This document shows, piece after piece, positions 9,901 through 21,900 of a stretch of DNA of 64,000 bases. This DNA comes from Lama glama (Eukaryota): positions 992,001 to 1,056,000 of the forward strand of contig CM052842.1 in NCBI GenBank assembly GCA_028534125.1. The letters run 5' to 3'. The notes beneath the pieces were generated by a model. That model saw nothing but the letters and a program-made list of their open reading frames with translations, ran no database searches and was not told the DNA's origin. The translations under genes and the position numbers were made by a program. Position 1 is the stretch's first letter. Each line of letters opens with the position of its first letter.

Positions 9901-12900
9901 GTTGAGTGTGGCAGGGTTGTAGCAGACAGGGCTGGGCCCTTTTTTCTCCCTTCCTGCCTCCCGGGGTGCTGTGTCCTGAGACAGGGCTGGGCGCTGAGGG
10001 GTTTGTGGGGTGACCCAGGCAGGCACACCCTGACCTCTTGCCGCATGTGAGCTGCTCTCCCAGCTTGGCGGAGCCTCGACCGTCCCTGCCGGGCCTGCGC
10101 AGCGTCTGCCGCCACGGAGCCTGGTCTGGGGGCCGACAGCTGAGACGGACTGTTGCCGTCCGTGTGGCGGACGCCCCCAAGGAAGGAGCACCACGTGGTA
10201 GAGGAGGTCGTTCTGTCTCACGGGCTGAGGGCTGGCTCGAGGAGCCCTCTCCAGATGGGGTGGGAGGCGGGTGACACCAGAAAGTCTCCAGGCAGAGCCA
10301 GACTTTCCTGTGGGGCTGGAGGGTGGTCCTGATTGCGGTCCACAGTCACCGGGAGGCAGGGCAGAATCTTCCTCTGGTGCGGCTGGGGGTAGGGGTGTGA
10401 GGGCTGCCTCGGGCACAGGAACATCCTGGCAGCAGCTTTGCTGCAGGAACCGCTGGCGGAGGGACCTCAGGGGAGCTGGGGAGCTGGGTGGGGGCCGTAG
10501 GGGCAGCGTCCTGGGCTTGTGGGCTGGGTGCATTCTAGGACAATCCCCTGGTTGCCAGGTGGATGGCAGAGGGGTGAGGGGCTGACCGGGACCAGACACT
10601 GGGCCTGTGGGTGTGCTGAGCAGGCCAGGTGGAGGAGGAGGGCACTTCCTCAGGCCCTGCTGGCTTGTGAACCGCCTGGTCCTTCTTCAGGCCCGGAGTG
10701 GAGTAGGGTGTAGGCTGGGGATGGTGGAGGCCGCCACTGCTGACAGGGCGGGTGCGCTGCTCTGTGGGCACCGTGGGGTGTGGGGTGTGGGGTAGGGGCT
10801 GCAGAGTCTACCGAGGGGGCTGACACAGTCCCTGTCTTCACATTTCTCTGCACTGGGAGGCAAATGAATAAGCTCGTAGTTATAGTTGAATGTGATAGCC
10901 ACGGAGAACGATGCACAGAAGCCCTGCGGGGGAAAGGTTTGGAGAAAGTTTCCACCCACCCATTCATCCTCCCCTCACGCACCCTCCATCCTCCATCCAT
11001 CCCCACCCTCCACCTGCCTGTTCTCAAGCCCACCCACCTGGCCTCCGTCCGTCCATCCCCTCCCCTCCCCCCACCTAGCCAAGGACAGTGTGTGGTGCAC
11101 CTCTGTGTGCAGGCAGTGTGCTGGCTCCTGGGGCACCGTGGGCGGTGGACGCAAATGCAGGTGCTTTAAAAGGTGGGAAAGTCGCTTTCTGGAGGCAGAA
11201 GCGCTCTGAGGAAGAGGAAGCAGGTGGCAGTATCGTGGGGGTGCTGCTGGGAAGTGGTCAGCTCTAGCCAGGCAGTTGGGGGCTTCTCCGAGGAGGGACA
11301 TCTTAACTGAGACCTGTGTGAGGAGAGGAGCGAGCAGGCACATCTGCGCAGGCAGGGGCACGGGTGGGCTGAGCACTGCCTTTTCCAGGGGCAGAGGGGT
11401 CCCGTGTGGCCGGCATCCCGGAGGGTGGGAGGGGCCAAGGCCAGAGGGCAGGTGGGACCAGAGGATGGGAAGGGTTATTCAGTGTTGTAGGTCTTGGGGT
11501 AAGGGAGTGAGGCCTTCCTGCCCTCCCTTGGTGGGCTCGAGCAGCTCTGTGTGCTTGTTGGGCTGTCTGTCCACATCGCCCAAGGTCGTGCTCTCCTGCC
11601 TCCTGGAAAGTGCAGACCCGAGCTAGGGCCTCCCTGGGAATGGGCGCAGGGAGCTTGGGTGGCCTCCTCACTGAGTAGCCTTGAGGCCTCTCATCCTGTT
11701 TCCTCACCCAAACTCGTAGTGCCAGGTGCCCCTCCTCTTTGAGCAAGGTCAGAGTTGACCCCTGTGGGCTCCTGCACTTCTGGGGATGGAGATGAGAGGG
11801 ACGGGTGGGGAGAGATGGGCTTCCCCCTTCAGCCCCGCTGTGCTTCTCAGTGGCCAGCAGAGGGCGCGCTTGCCCCTCTTATCCCTCATCCACCTTTTTC
11901 TGGTAATTGATTGCCTAATTTCCTCTTTATGTGAAAGANNNNNNNNNNNNNNNNNNNNNNNNNNNNNNNNNNNNNNNNNNNNNNNNNNNNNNNNNNNNNN
12001 NNNNNNNNNNNNNNNNNNNNNNNNNNNNNNNNNNNNNNNNNNNNNNNNNNNNNNNNNNNNNNNNNNNNNNNNNNNNNNNNNNNNNNNNNNNNNNNNNNNN
12101 NNTCTCCCTTGAGTTACCATTGCAGTGTAATTGCTGCGTTCAATCNNNNNNNNNNNNNNNNNNNNNNNNNNNNNNNNNNNNNNNNNNNNNNNNNNNNNNN
12201 NNNNNNNNNNNNNNNNNNNNNNNNNNNNNNNNNNNNNNNNNNNNNNNNNNNNNNNNNNNNNNNNNNNNNNNNNNNNNNNNNNNNNNNNNNNNNCAGCTCT
12301 GCCACTATATTGCTCAGCAGATAAGGGGACTAATAAAAAGAAAATTGAATTACTAATGATCACCAGGAACAGAGTATATAAAACCTGGCAATCGCCGGTT
12401 CAGGAAAAGGGAGAATCAATTTTCTTGGGACAAGGTGCGCTCATTTTTTATTTTGGCGCATATTATCAGCAGTTTAATTTGAGAGCGCAGAAACAGGAGG
12501 CAGCAGTTAGGGAATGACGAGCCTGGAGGTGTAAAGTGCCGCAGGGTGTATGCTGTACACAGTTTATTTGGCACAACAGATAATCGCTTTAATTGAACTC
12601 AAACCTGCATTGTTCAGCAGGCCTGCGGCCGCTGGTGCCTTGGGGACTGAGCATTGTGGAGATTCCAGCCCGACTCCTCTTGCTTTCCCTCCCCTACCTC
12701 TACCCTCGCCTCCACTCTCTGGTCCAGCCCTCTGACCCTCCCGCCTAGTTCCCTGGGCCTAGAGTCAGGCTTCGGCTGAGGGGGTGGGGCGGGTGTCCCT
12801 GGGGGGGGGGCCACAGGGTCTCCCCCTCTGCCGCCACAGGTCTTTCTGTCCTCCTTTTCATCCTAGGGTGGTCAGGAGCCAGGACCCTGAAGAGAGCAGG

Positions 12901-15900
12901 TGGGAGGAAGGAGGCAGGCTTCCTGTGGTAGGGAAGGGAGGACGCAGGACCAGGGCTGAGTGGCTCCGTGGTGTCCCCACCCTGCCCAGTGCTCCAGTCT
13001 GGGGCTCCCGAAGTGCTGGGGGCCCTGCTCTGAGCCTCCAGGCTGGTGCTGGCATTGCCGTGTTCCGTTTCCACGTCTGGGTGGGGGTCAAGGGTCATCT
13101 CCTGGGCATGGCTGTGTGGGTTGAGGGGGTGGGCGGGCAGGCAGGCGCTTAGGGTGGGCTTAGCGGGTGCTAGCCTGGGTGGCGCCTCTTGTCTCCGCCG
13201 CTCTTCTCGCTGCTGGAGTTCCCCGCTGTGGCGTGCTCGCTGGATGCGGGGAAGGACGTGAGAGCGGTTCAGTCTGGACCGTGCTTCCTAAGGGGAAATA
13301 GAGGGGCTGCCGTCTGCCCTGTGAGAGGCAGACGCGGCCGGCTCGAGCCTGGCATGGACTGTTCGGCCTGTCTTTTACGTCTGTCGTGGCCTTGCCAATG
13401 AATTATTCCACAAGGGCGGCGTGGGAGTGCGTGTGCCCGTCAGGTGCAGCTGGCTCAGAGCCTCGGGTTGGAGAGGGGGGCTACTGCGTCCTTCCCCGGC
13501 CTACCCACCGACTCCTGGCCTGGAAGGAGAGGTGACGTTCTCACGGTGTGGAGCACCTTCTCGCAGGCCTGGATCCCTAGGTTGGGGGCACCTTGGGCTG
13601 GTCTGAGTGGCACGAAGGAGTGGAGCGCCTGACCTGCAGCCTCTCCAGCCCCGGGGGCCGTTTTGAGACCCCAGCCCCTTTGGCCTCACCAGTCTGGCTG
13701 TGAGGCAGGACTTCGTGCGCTGCATCTCCACCGCCTCCTGTCACCTCTGTCCTCCTGGTCTCTGTTGCGCCCTGCATTGCTGCAGAGGAGGTGCCCGGTG
13801 AGCTCTGATCCATGCCTGATCCTGGAGAAGGAGGGGAAGGACACAACTTAAATTTGTTCTGGGCTCTGAGCTTGAGGTGACTGCTTCCTGGAGGTGGCAA
13901 GTGAGGCTGGGGAGGCTCGGGCCTCCCCTACTGTGGGCAGCGGTCTGCACCCGGCTGTGGGCCTGTGCACCCTTGTGTGGCCTTCAGAGCCACACCTCCG
14001 GGGTGTCCAGCCACTAGGCTGTGTGCAGATGCTGGGCATCACCTCTGAAGTGGGGAAGGGGTGGGAGGGAGCCTGGCATTCCCAGGCAGGGATGGCTGGC
14101 GCAGGGGCTGCTGTGACCAAGGACATCCAGATGGTTGAGGAGGCGGGCCTGGGAAGGGGCGCGGAGGCCAGCACTGCCCATCCAGGAGTCTGCCCCGTCC
14201 CTCAGTGAGAATCTGGTGCAGACTGATGGCCAGGCTGGCTGCTGTGTCTGTGTCCTGAGTGACAGAACCCCAGCGGGTTGTCCAGGAGCTAAGCAAGCCG
14301 GGCACGGAGACCCGGTGCCAGCTGCAGGGAGGTGCCCAGCTGGTAGGCAGCCTTGAACTGTGCTGGGTGACTGTGGCCTCAGCAGGCAGTTGGCCTCTCT
14401 GCCTCTCTTTCCTCCTCTGCAGGACAGGCTGATGACAGCCCTCTGCCCTGACTTTGAAACACCCTGGGAACATGCCCGAGCCAGGGCAGCCAGGCCATCA
14501 CTCAGGGACATGAGTCCTGGGGATGGCGCTGGGAGCTGCCTGGGAGGCAGGACCTGTGTCGGCCTGACCACCCTGGGTGGATCTCCTTCCTGCTGGGACA
14601 GCTGGGCAGGGGAGGAAGACCAGGCAGGCCATGGCAGGGGTGTCCCCAGGGTGGACCTTCTGGTCCAGGCTTCTGGGGAGGAGCAGTAGCTAAGATGGGA
14701 GAGGATGGCCGTCCTGTGGCCCGTCCCCTCCTGTCGGCTCTGCCACCTGAGGGTCCTTTCAGGGATTGCTCTGAGGCTGCGTCTTTGGTGCCCGGCCCTG
14801 TGGGAGGAGCAGGTGAGACACCGTCACTCCCCAGGGACCGTCACGGGGACCCCTGTCCCTCTCACCTCAGCCTGGGCCTGTGCCAGAGCCAGCAAGGATG
14901 CAATGGACCCTCCCTCCAAGACCGAGAGCCAGTGGTTTGGGCCAGAGTGGCTCTCCCTTGTTTCTCTGTTTGCGTGGAGCCTGGGGCCCCAAGGTGGGCA
15001 GCAGGCCTTGGGCCCAGAGGTGGCATCTCCAAAAGGAACTACAGAATCATGTTTCCCCAGGGAGCTCTGTTTAGACCAGCTCTCCCTACTCCCTGCAACT
15101 TAAAGGAAGAAGGTGCCAGGTGTGGTGGGGGTCTGTTGTCCGCATCTGGCTCAGGCTGCTGCCCCCACACGGTTGTCCACTCGGCTGGTGAGGGCAGGGC
15201 AGCAGGTGGAGGCATTACAGGGCCACATTGCCTTCCTGCTGCCCTGGACACGGGGCCGGCTGGTGTGTGCACGCTCGAGTCTGGGTCCTGAGTCAGTGCC
15301 CCAAAGGGCGACGAGGGGCACAGGCAGCCTGGGAGCGGGGGCCGGGGCGGGGGCTGCCCTTCAGGGTCAGAGCTGCCTGTGCGGGCCAGTGGGCCTGAGA
15401 TCAGACTGAGCACACAGGACGCCCGTTGTCCTTCAGGCTTTCCTATTTTCTAAAATATGCAGGTAAAAGGTTATAAGTTCCTACCTGAGCATAGCTTTAG
15501 CTGTCTTCTGCAAGTTAATTGTTTATGTTTTTCTCCGAAGTTTTTCTAGTTTTCATTTCGAGTTTTTCTTTGATCGAGGGTTATTCAGAAAGGGGTGCTT
15601 CATTTCCAATGCCCTGGGGATTGCGTGCCATCTGTGTGATTTCAGTCCTTTGAAGTCTGCCCAGACTTGTTTTAAGGCCCAGCTTAGGGTCAGTTTTGGT
15701 AAAGCTCTCGTGTCCACTTGGAAGGAATGATGCCGGTTGGTGAGTGTGGGGCTCTGTGAGGAAAATGGTGTTAATTGTGTTGTTCACACCTTCTGTATGT
15801 GCACTGATTTGATGGGCCGGGAGGGAGTCTGTTTTCCCCACAGTCATGGGGAGGCAGTGCAGAATCTTCCTCTGTGCCAGTGAATGTGTTCATTTCTCCA

Positions 15901-18900
15901 GCTGTCGCTCTTACATTAAATATTTTGAGGTCGCTTAACTGTGTGCAGACCGTTTAGAGTTGTTATATCTCTCTGGTGGATTGAATCTTTTACTGTTGTG
16001 AAATGTCCTCTTTTATCTCCAGTAACACTTCTTGCCTTGAAGTCCTCTTTCTCTGACATGAGTACAGCTACACTGGGAGTGTTGCAGAATGTGCGTGTGC
16101 ACACGTGCGCTCACACGCCATGCAAATGTTACGTGGCGCGTGGGAACGCGTGTACGGTCAGCCTTCCTGTAGTACGGCTATGGTTTTGGGGGGTTTTTTT
16201 TGTATCCAGCAAGTAGGTGGTTCTTAAGTACAGTTTGAGATTGTCTTTCTTTCGTTTTTTTTTTTAATAAGCAAAGGATTTTATTAGTAAAGCAAAAGTC
16301 AGTACACCTTTGAGAAGTGAAGGTGGTTCAACCCAAGAGTTAAAAATGGCCTGCGTTTGTCTGTCTAAGAGATTTTGCCTATTCACACGTGATGCAGCGA
16401 TCGATGTACTTGGGTTTAAACATGCATACTGCTGTGTGCTTTCGCTTTGTTCCACCTGTTCTGCTTTTTTCTCTTCTTTTTTTTTGTTTTTCTTGTTTTG
16501 GGTGTATTTTTATTGCATTTTCTCAGTTAGCTTATAATGCATTTTTTTATTCCTCTCCGCAGTGGTCTCCACAGAGGTGGTAGTGTGCATCCTCGACTCA
16601 CTGTTTCTGGACTTAGTAATGATCGTCTGACCCTCCGCTGACAGTGGGAGGAGCTCGGAGTCCCCAGGCCCCACTCTCCTCTCTTCCCTCGACACGAGCA
16701 CGGGAACTGTTGTGATGTTAACTCTGTGTGTCCTAGACCTTGCAAGCGCAGTGTGCAGTGGACTCGTCCATGTGTTTACTGCGCCACCCCTCTCCGTCCC
16801 TTCCTCTCCTGCGTTTGGGAACATGTCTTCATGTTTCCTTGGTGTCGCAGGGGTGCTGGGGACCATTGCTTTCCATAGATGTTTCCCTGAGACATCTGTG
16901 TCGCCGCTCTCTGCAGAGTGTCTTAGTTGGGAGCCGCTGGGGAGAGACTGTCCCGTGGTAGCCGGTGACGGGCCCCCGCCCTGGTCTGCGCGGGGCTTTG
17001 TCTGTCCCTGGTCTCCAGCAGTTGTGCTCCGGGCGCCTCCTGCAGGCTTCACTTACCCTGCCTGCAGTCGCCATACTGTATGGATTTGCGGCTTATCAAT
17101 TTTCGTCAAATTTGGAAAATTCCCAGCCATTCTGTCTCCAAGCATGGCCTCTGCTCCATCCCCACCTCTCCTCCTGCGATCTCTGCTGCGTCTGCACCGA
17201 ACCTTTTCACCGTATCTTACATGTTTTCTGTGCTCTTTCCTGTGTCTTCTGTGACTTTTCTCTCCAGGCTTAAATCTGGACAGTTTCCTCCTACCTGTTC
17301 TCAAGATTACTTATTGTCTGTCCAGTTTTGTATAATCTGTTGTTAAATCCATCCATTGAGGTCTTAGTTTTAGTTATTTTTAAGTTCTGAGATTTTCATT
17401 ATTTGTCCTTTAAAATGGTTACTGGGTCTCTGCCGAAATCTGCAGTCTTGTCTTTGAGTTCTTGAACGCATAATCATTTTTGAAGTCCCTGTCTGACCGC
17501 TCAGTTATCTGGGTCGCTGTTCATCCCATTGCCTGGCTTTTCCCTTCTTAGTTTTGGGTTAAGTGTGATTTGCTTGTGTGTCTGGTTATTTTGTATCGTG
17601 TGGCAGAAGTTGTGTATGGAATTCGGGAGATAACTTGTGGCTGGATGATGTCACCTTCCCCCAGACAGGGTGCGCAGTCCCTGGGAAGACAGACCTGCAG
17701 AGTCAGGGCAGTGTGGGGAGTGAGAAGGCCCAGGCAGGTCCCTGGGGGCTGTGTCTTGCCCAGGGAGGGGCTCTGCCAGGGTGGTTCTAGGTAGGCTGAC
17801 GGAACACCAGGAGGGCTGCTGACCCTGGCTGTCCTTTGACAGTGTTGCCCAAGATGCAGGTCTGTGCGGGAGGGTGATTGAAGGGCAGTGGGAGCCCCCT
17901 CCACCCAGCCCTGCATAGAGGCCCACTTTCCCCCCGCCCCCTGTGTGATTGGTTGGGAAGGAAGGGTGGCTCCTTGCGATCCCCAGTGACCTGTGCATTG
18001 GGGGAAAGGAGGGGCTCACTGACCCGTGGCCTCTGAGAGGTCTCTGGGTGTAATGTCAACAGGACAGCCTGTGGGCCTGTGGATGGTGGCCTTATTCCTG
18101 CAGGCTTCTCCCTGCCCTTGCTCCAGGCCTGGAGAGGACTCTGGCAGCCATGCTGCATCAGGATACCAAGCCTGGGGGAGGGCCTTGGCGGTGGAGGCCA
18201 GGTGGGGCCCAGGGTGCACCCTGCCTGGGGCGGAGTTGCTAAGTGGAGGTGAGGGACAGCCGAGGTGGCAGTGTTTGTGCTGACAGGGCCCTTGGGGGCC
18301 CCAGGGAGAGCCTCAGACTTTCACGTTGGCCGTAGGCAGTGGGCCTGGTGCACAGGGTGCTCAGGGAGCGGCGAAGTGTCTCTGGTTTAGCGCGGACCTC
18401 GTGTGGGGCTGACTGCCTCAGGGCACCCTCCTCTTGGCCCTTGAGGGCAGGACCACCTTGGCAGGGGGAGCTCTGCTGGTTTGTGCGGGCTGTTGATCCT
18501 GGCACTGGGCAAAGAGCAGGACCTGGTGACACCAGCACCCAGCTCTGTGTACCTGAGGTCCCCTGTCCCCTTGTGGGGTGACTGGAAGGGTCGTGGGCTC
18601 CAGGACACGGAGGCAGGAAGGGCTTGCTGCCCTAGAGCCAGCCGGCAGGTGGGCAGTGGACAATGGTGCACTTGCTTGGAGCCTCCAGGGCTGTGTCCCT
18701 TGGGTTGTCCCCCCATCCCATGTCTTCATGAGAGCGTGTTGGCCCGGATGGAGCCCACTCAAGACAGGCACCGAGGATGGGCCTCCCCTGGGGTCTGAGC
18801 TGAGACCCTCTGCTTCCCATCCTGCTGGGGCCCCCGCTGATTGCTCTGCCGATGGAGGGGCACTAGAGCTTTGGGCTCAGCTGTCCCGGAAAGCGTGGGC

Positions 18901-21900
18901 CACGTGGCCTTCTGCAGAAGGATTGCACCCTTCAGCCGTTGGAGCATCTGGGCAGATCCTGTGACCCTGGAAAGGCTCAGGTGTCTGTGGGGCCTTCCTG
19001 CCTTCTTGTTTCCTCTCATGTGCCTGGAAAGTGGCTCTTCTTCCCCTGAGACTGAACCTTCTCCAGGCAGATCCCAGGCTGGGCTGGCACCCCCGCCCAG
19101 CCCCCGCCCACGGGTTCTGGGGCTAGTGCTCTCTCCAGGCCAGGCACAGGCCGCTGACTGCCTGTGCCTGGTGGCCTGTTCCCACCTGCTACAGCTGTGC
19201 TGGGGGAGCAGCCTTGGGCCTGCTTCATGCTGGCCACCTGCTCTGGGGCCTGTTCTGGTCTGCACTGAGGGAGCTGGGATGCTTTGGGGTGTCTGCAGGG
19301 GCCTTGTCCCTTGCACACTCACTCCCTCCCCCATCTTGTCAGTTTTGGGTGTGGTGGCCACCTAAGGGATGCGCTGCCCCTCTCCCTCTCCTGCCCGTCT
19401 GTGGATGGGGAGCCTCCTGACAGCCTTGGGGCTGCCTAGTGCCCTCTGCGCGGCAGCCTGGAATGGCTGGCCCTGTCCCCCGGCTGGCTGTGCCCGGGAG
19501 GGAGAGCCGCACATCCAGGCAGGTCTAGGGGCACCCTCTGGGCTGGGCCCCATCCCGGTCCCGTCCCCCAGCATGTGCCAGCTCCTTTGTCGTCATTCCG
19601 CGGGGCCTGCGCTTTCTAAATTAATTCTGGAGCCGTTGTGTTTCCTTCTCATGGCGTGTTTCAAGCTACGCACCCTGTGTAGCTTCTGGCAGCTTTTCTC
19701 CTAATTGCCCTTTCCGCATCAGCGGCCTAGCGATTAAGTGGTGGTGTGCGCAGCTCTGGCTCTGGGTCCGCGGTAGAGGCGGCAGTCTGCGGAGAACACA
19801 CAGCGGTGTGGGCTGTGACAGTGGCCACTGTCCTGAGCCTAGCGTGTGGAGGTGGCTTTGGGACAGGCACAGGCACAGTGGCTGGCAGCACATGGCCCCC
19901 TGAGCAAGAAGGTGGTCCCCAGGACGCAGCAGGTCGTCCTGTAGAGCAGCCTGTGTCTGCAGTCGCGGGAGTCCCCGCGGGGCATGAATACCTTCTGGAC
20001 GGGCGCTGGGAGGGGCGTGAGGCGCCTCGGGGAGTGAGGTGGCTTGCTTCCGGGGTGCCTCCAGATCGGCTTGCTCCCTGCTCTGTGCACCAGGGCGCAG
20101 TAGGGCAGCTGCCTGGCCCCGGCTCGCCGTGGGCTGGGGAGGCATGTGGGGTGGGCATCAGGGTGCGCTGATGGCTCTGCCTGCCAGAGCGCTGGGCCCA
20201 GCAGGCAGATGTGGGAGATCCTGGGGTGACCGTGTGCACCTGATTTCTGTTCTCCCAAACAGCCATGCCCCAAGTGCCTCCTGCAGTGCCTGCCCTGCCC
20301 GGCCCTGGGGAGCGAGGCCTGGTCCGGGGTCGCCTCTGAGCAGGGCGCACAGCCAGCGGGAGGACATACTTCTCCCCGGCCAGGCCCGCGCCCTGTAGCA
20401 CCTAGACTTTCAGGACTGTGGTCCGTTCTTGTGTGCCTTCTGCCTGTACCTCTGTGGCCCTGGTACCCCAGGAGACAGGCAAGTACAGTGGGCGTGAGGG
20501 CTGGGCTGGGCCAGGCGGCTGCAGAAGTCAGAGGGCAGCGCGAGCTGGAGGAGGTGGGCCCTTGTCTTTAGGAGGAGCCCTATCTCCCACTAGCAGGTGG
20601 GCTGCATTGAGCCCCTTTCTCGGGGTCCCCAGGACAGCCGCTGGTCCTCGCCTGTGTGGCCCCAGGAGGGCCTCTTTGCTGGCTCTGTGCTTGGGATGTG
20701 TCACTGAGGCTGACACTGCTGCTGGCTCTGTGGCTGTGTCCTGTGCCAGGGCTGGAGGACACGGAGGAGAGGGGACAGGCCCATCCTTGAGTGTGATGGT
20801 GCCCATGCAGCTCTAGGCAAGGCCTGTGGTGCCCCAGCTCCTCCCTGTGGTTGCCCCTGAGCTGAGGGTGGGGGAGGCCCTCGCTCCCTCCCTGGCTGGC
20901 CAGTCTGTGCTGCCCCCTCGCTGCCTCCGCTCTGCTGGGCAGTTGTCAGGTGCACTTGAAACTGTAATGCGACCTGAAACGTTCTGAAACGTGGCCCTGG
21001 CGCTGCCCTCCTGCTGCCGTGGCGGGACTGTTTGTCCAAGAGGGCCCCGGGTTGAGTGAGGCTGGGGCACGCCCAGCACCAGGGGCCCCCCCACGGCTGC
21101 TCGCTGCCCCTGCGCTGCAGCTCTACCCGCACCCAGCCACCAGAAAGGCCAGAGGAGCCCCAGAGAGGAGCTGGTGAGTGGCCGGGAGAGTCTGGGCGGC
21201 CTGGCGCTCGGGAGGGACTGGTGGTTTTCCCTTCGTGGCCGCTGCCTTTTATAGAGGGGTTATTCCCAGGCTCTCTTGAAAGCGTCCGTCTCTGGCCTGA
21301 CTCCGAGAAAGCAGCGCAGGGATCCCGAAGGAGGCCAGGCATGGCGAGCAGGACGCACTGCCCTCGCAGGGACTGCCAGCTTTGGGCCACATAGTGAAGC
21401 TGGGACCGTAGGCCACGGGGCAGCCACCCAGCCCCTGTGGAAGCTGGCCAGACTCTGCCCCTGTGAAGTGGGGCGGGAGGGAGCTATGGTTCCTAGGGCC
21501 CCTGTGTGCTCCCGCCCTGGGGGAGAGGGTGGGGGTTCTTGGGGGTCAACAGGGTGGAGGCAGGCTCACCAGTGCCTGTCCTGTGGCACCAGTTAGCATG
21601 ACTGTCAGCTCCCATTGAGGGGGCTCTGCCCAACGCCCTTTAGCAGCAGTGGTCGTCAGGCCTGTGTCCAGGGGCCTTTTCCGTCTCCATAGCTTGGAAC
21701 ATGGGGTGTCTGACCATCTGAGACTGGTGGGCTCTTTCCAGCACTTTCCTACCCACCCAAAGCCCCCAGAAGGAGCTGCCAAGGTGGGTCAAGTGGGCCT
21801 TCACTTCACAGACTAGGTTTTGTCACCTCCCTGCGCTGGTGCGGGTCGCATGGGGGCCCTGGCACTGCCGGGGGAGCATAGCTGTGGCCCCTCGTCTCTC

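Noticed and set aside
9133-10599. 488-aa minus-strand ORF, and similar long ORFs at 38051-39127, 56593-57528 and 21813-22703
   Set aside because: P/R/G/A/S-rich translations with no recognisable domain; long stop-free frames are expected by chance at this GC content.
12332-12337. AATAAA as an intronic poly(A) signal
   Set aside because: No clear GU/U-rich element at the expected distance downstream; adequately explained by local AT richness.
11749-12517. ORFs spanning N-runs, here and at the other gaps
   Set aside because: Artefacts of translating N as X with no stop codons.
15581-16104. Endonuclease-like ORFs as a functional gene
   Set aside because: Short, frameshifted, degenerate pieces of L1 ORF2; a fossil element.
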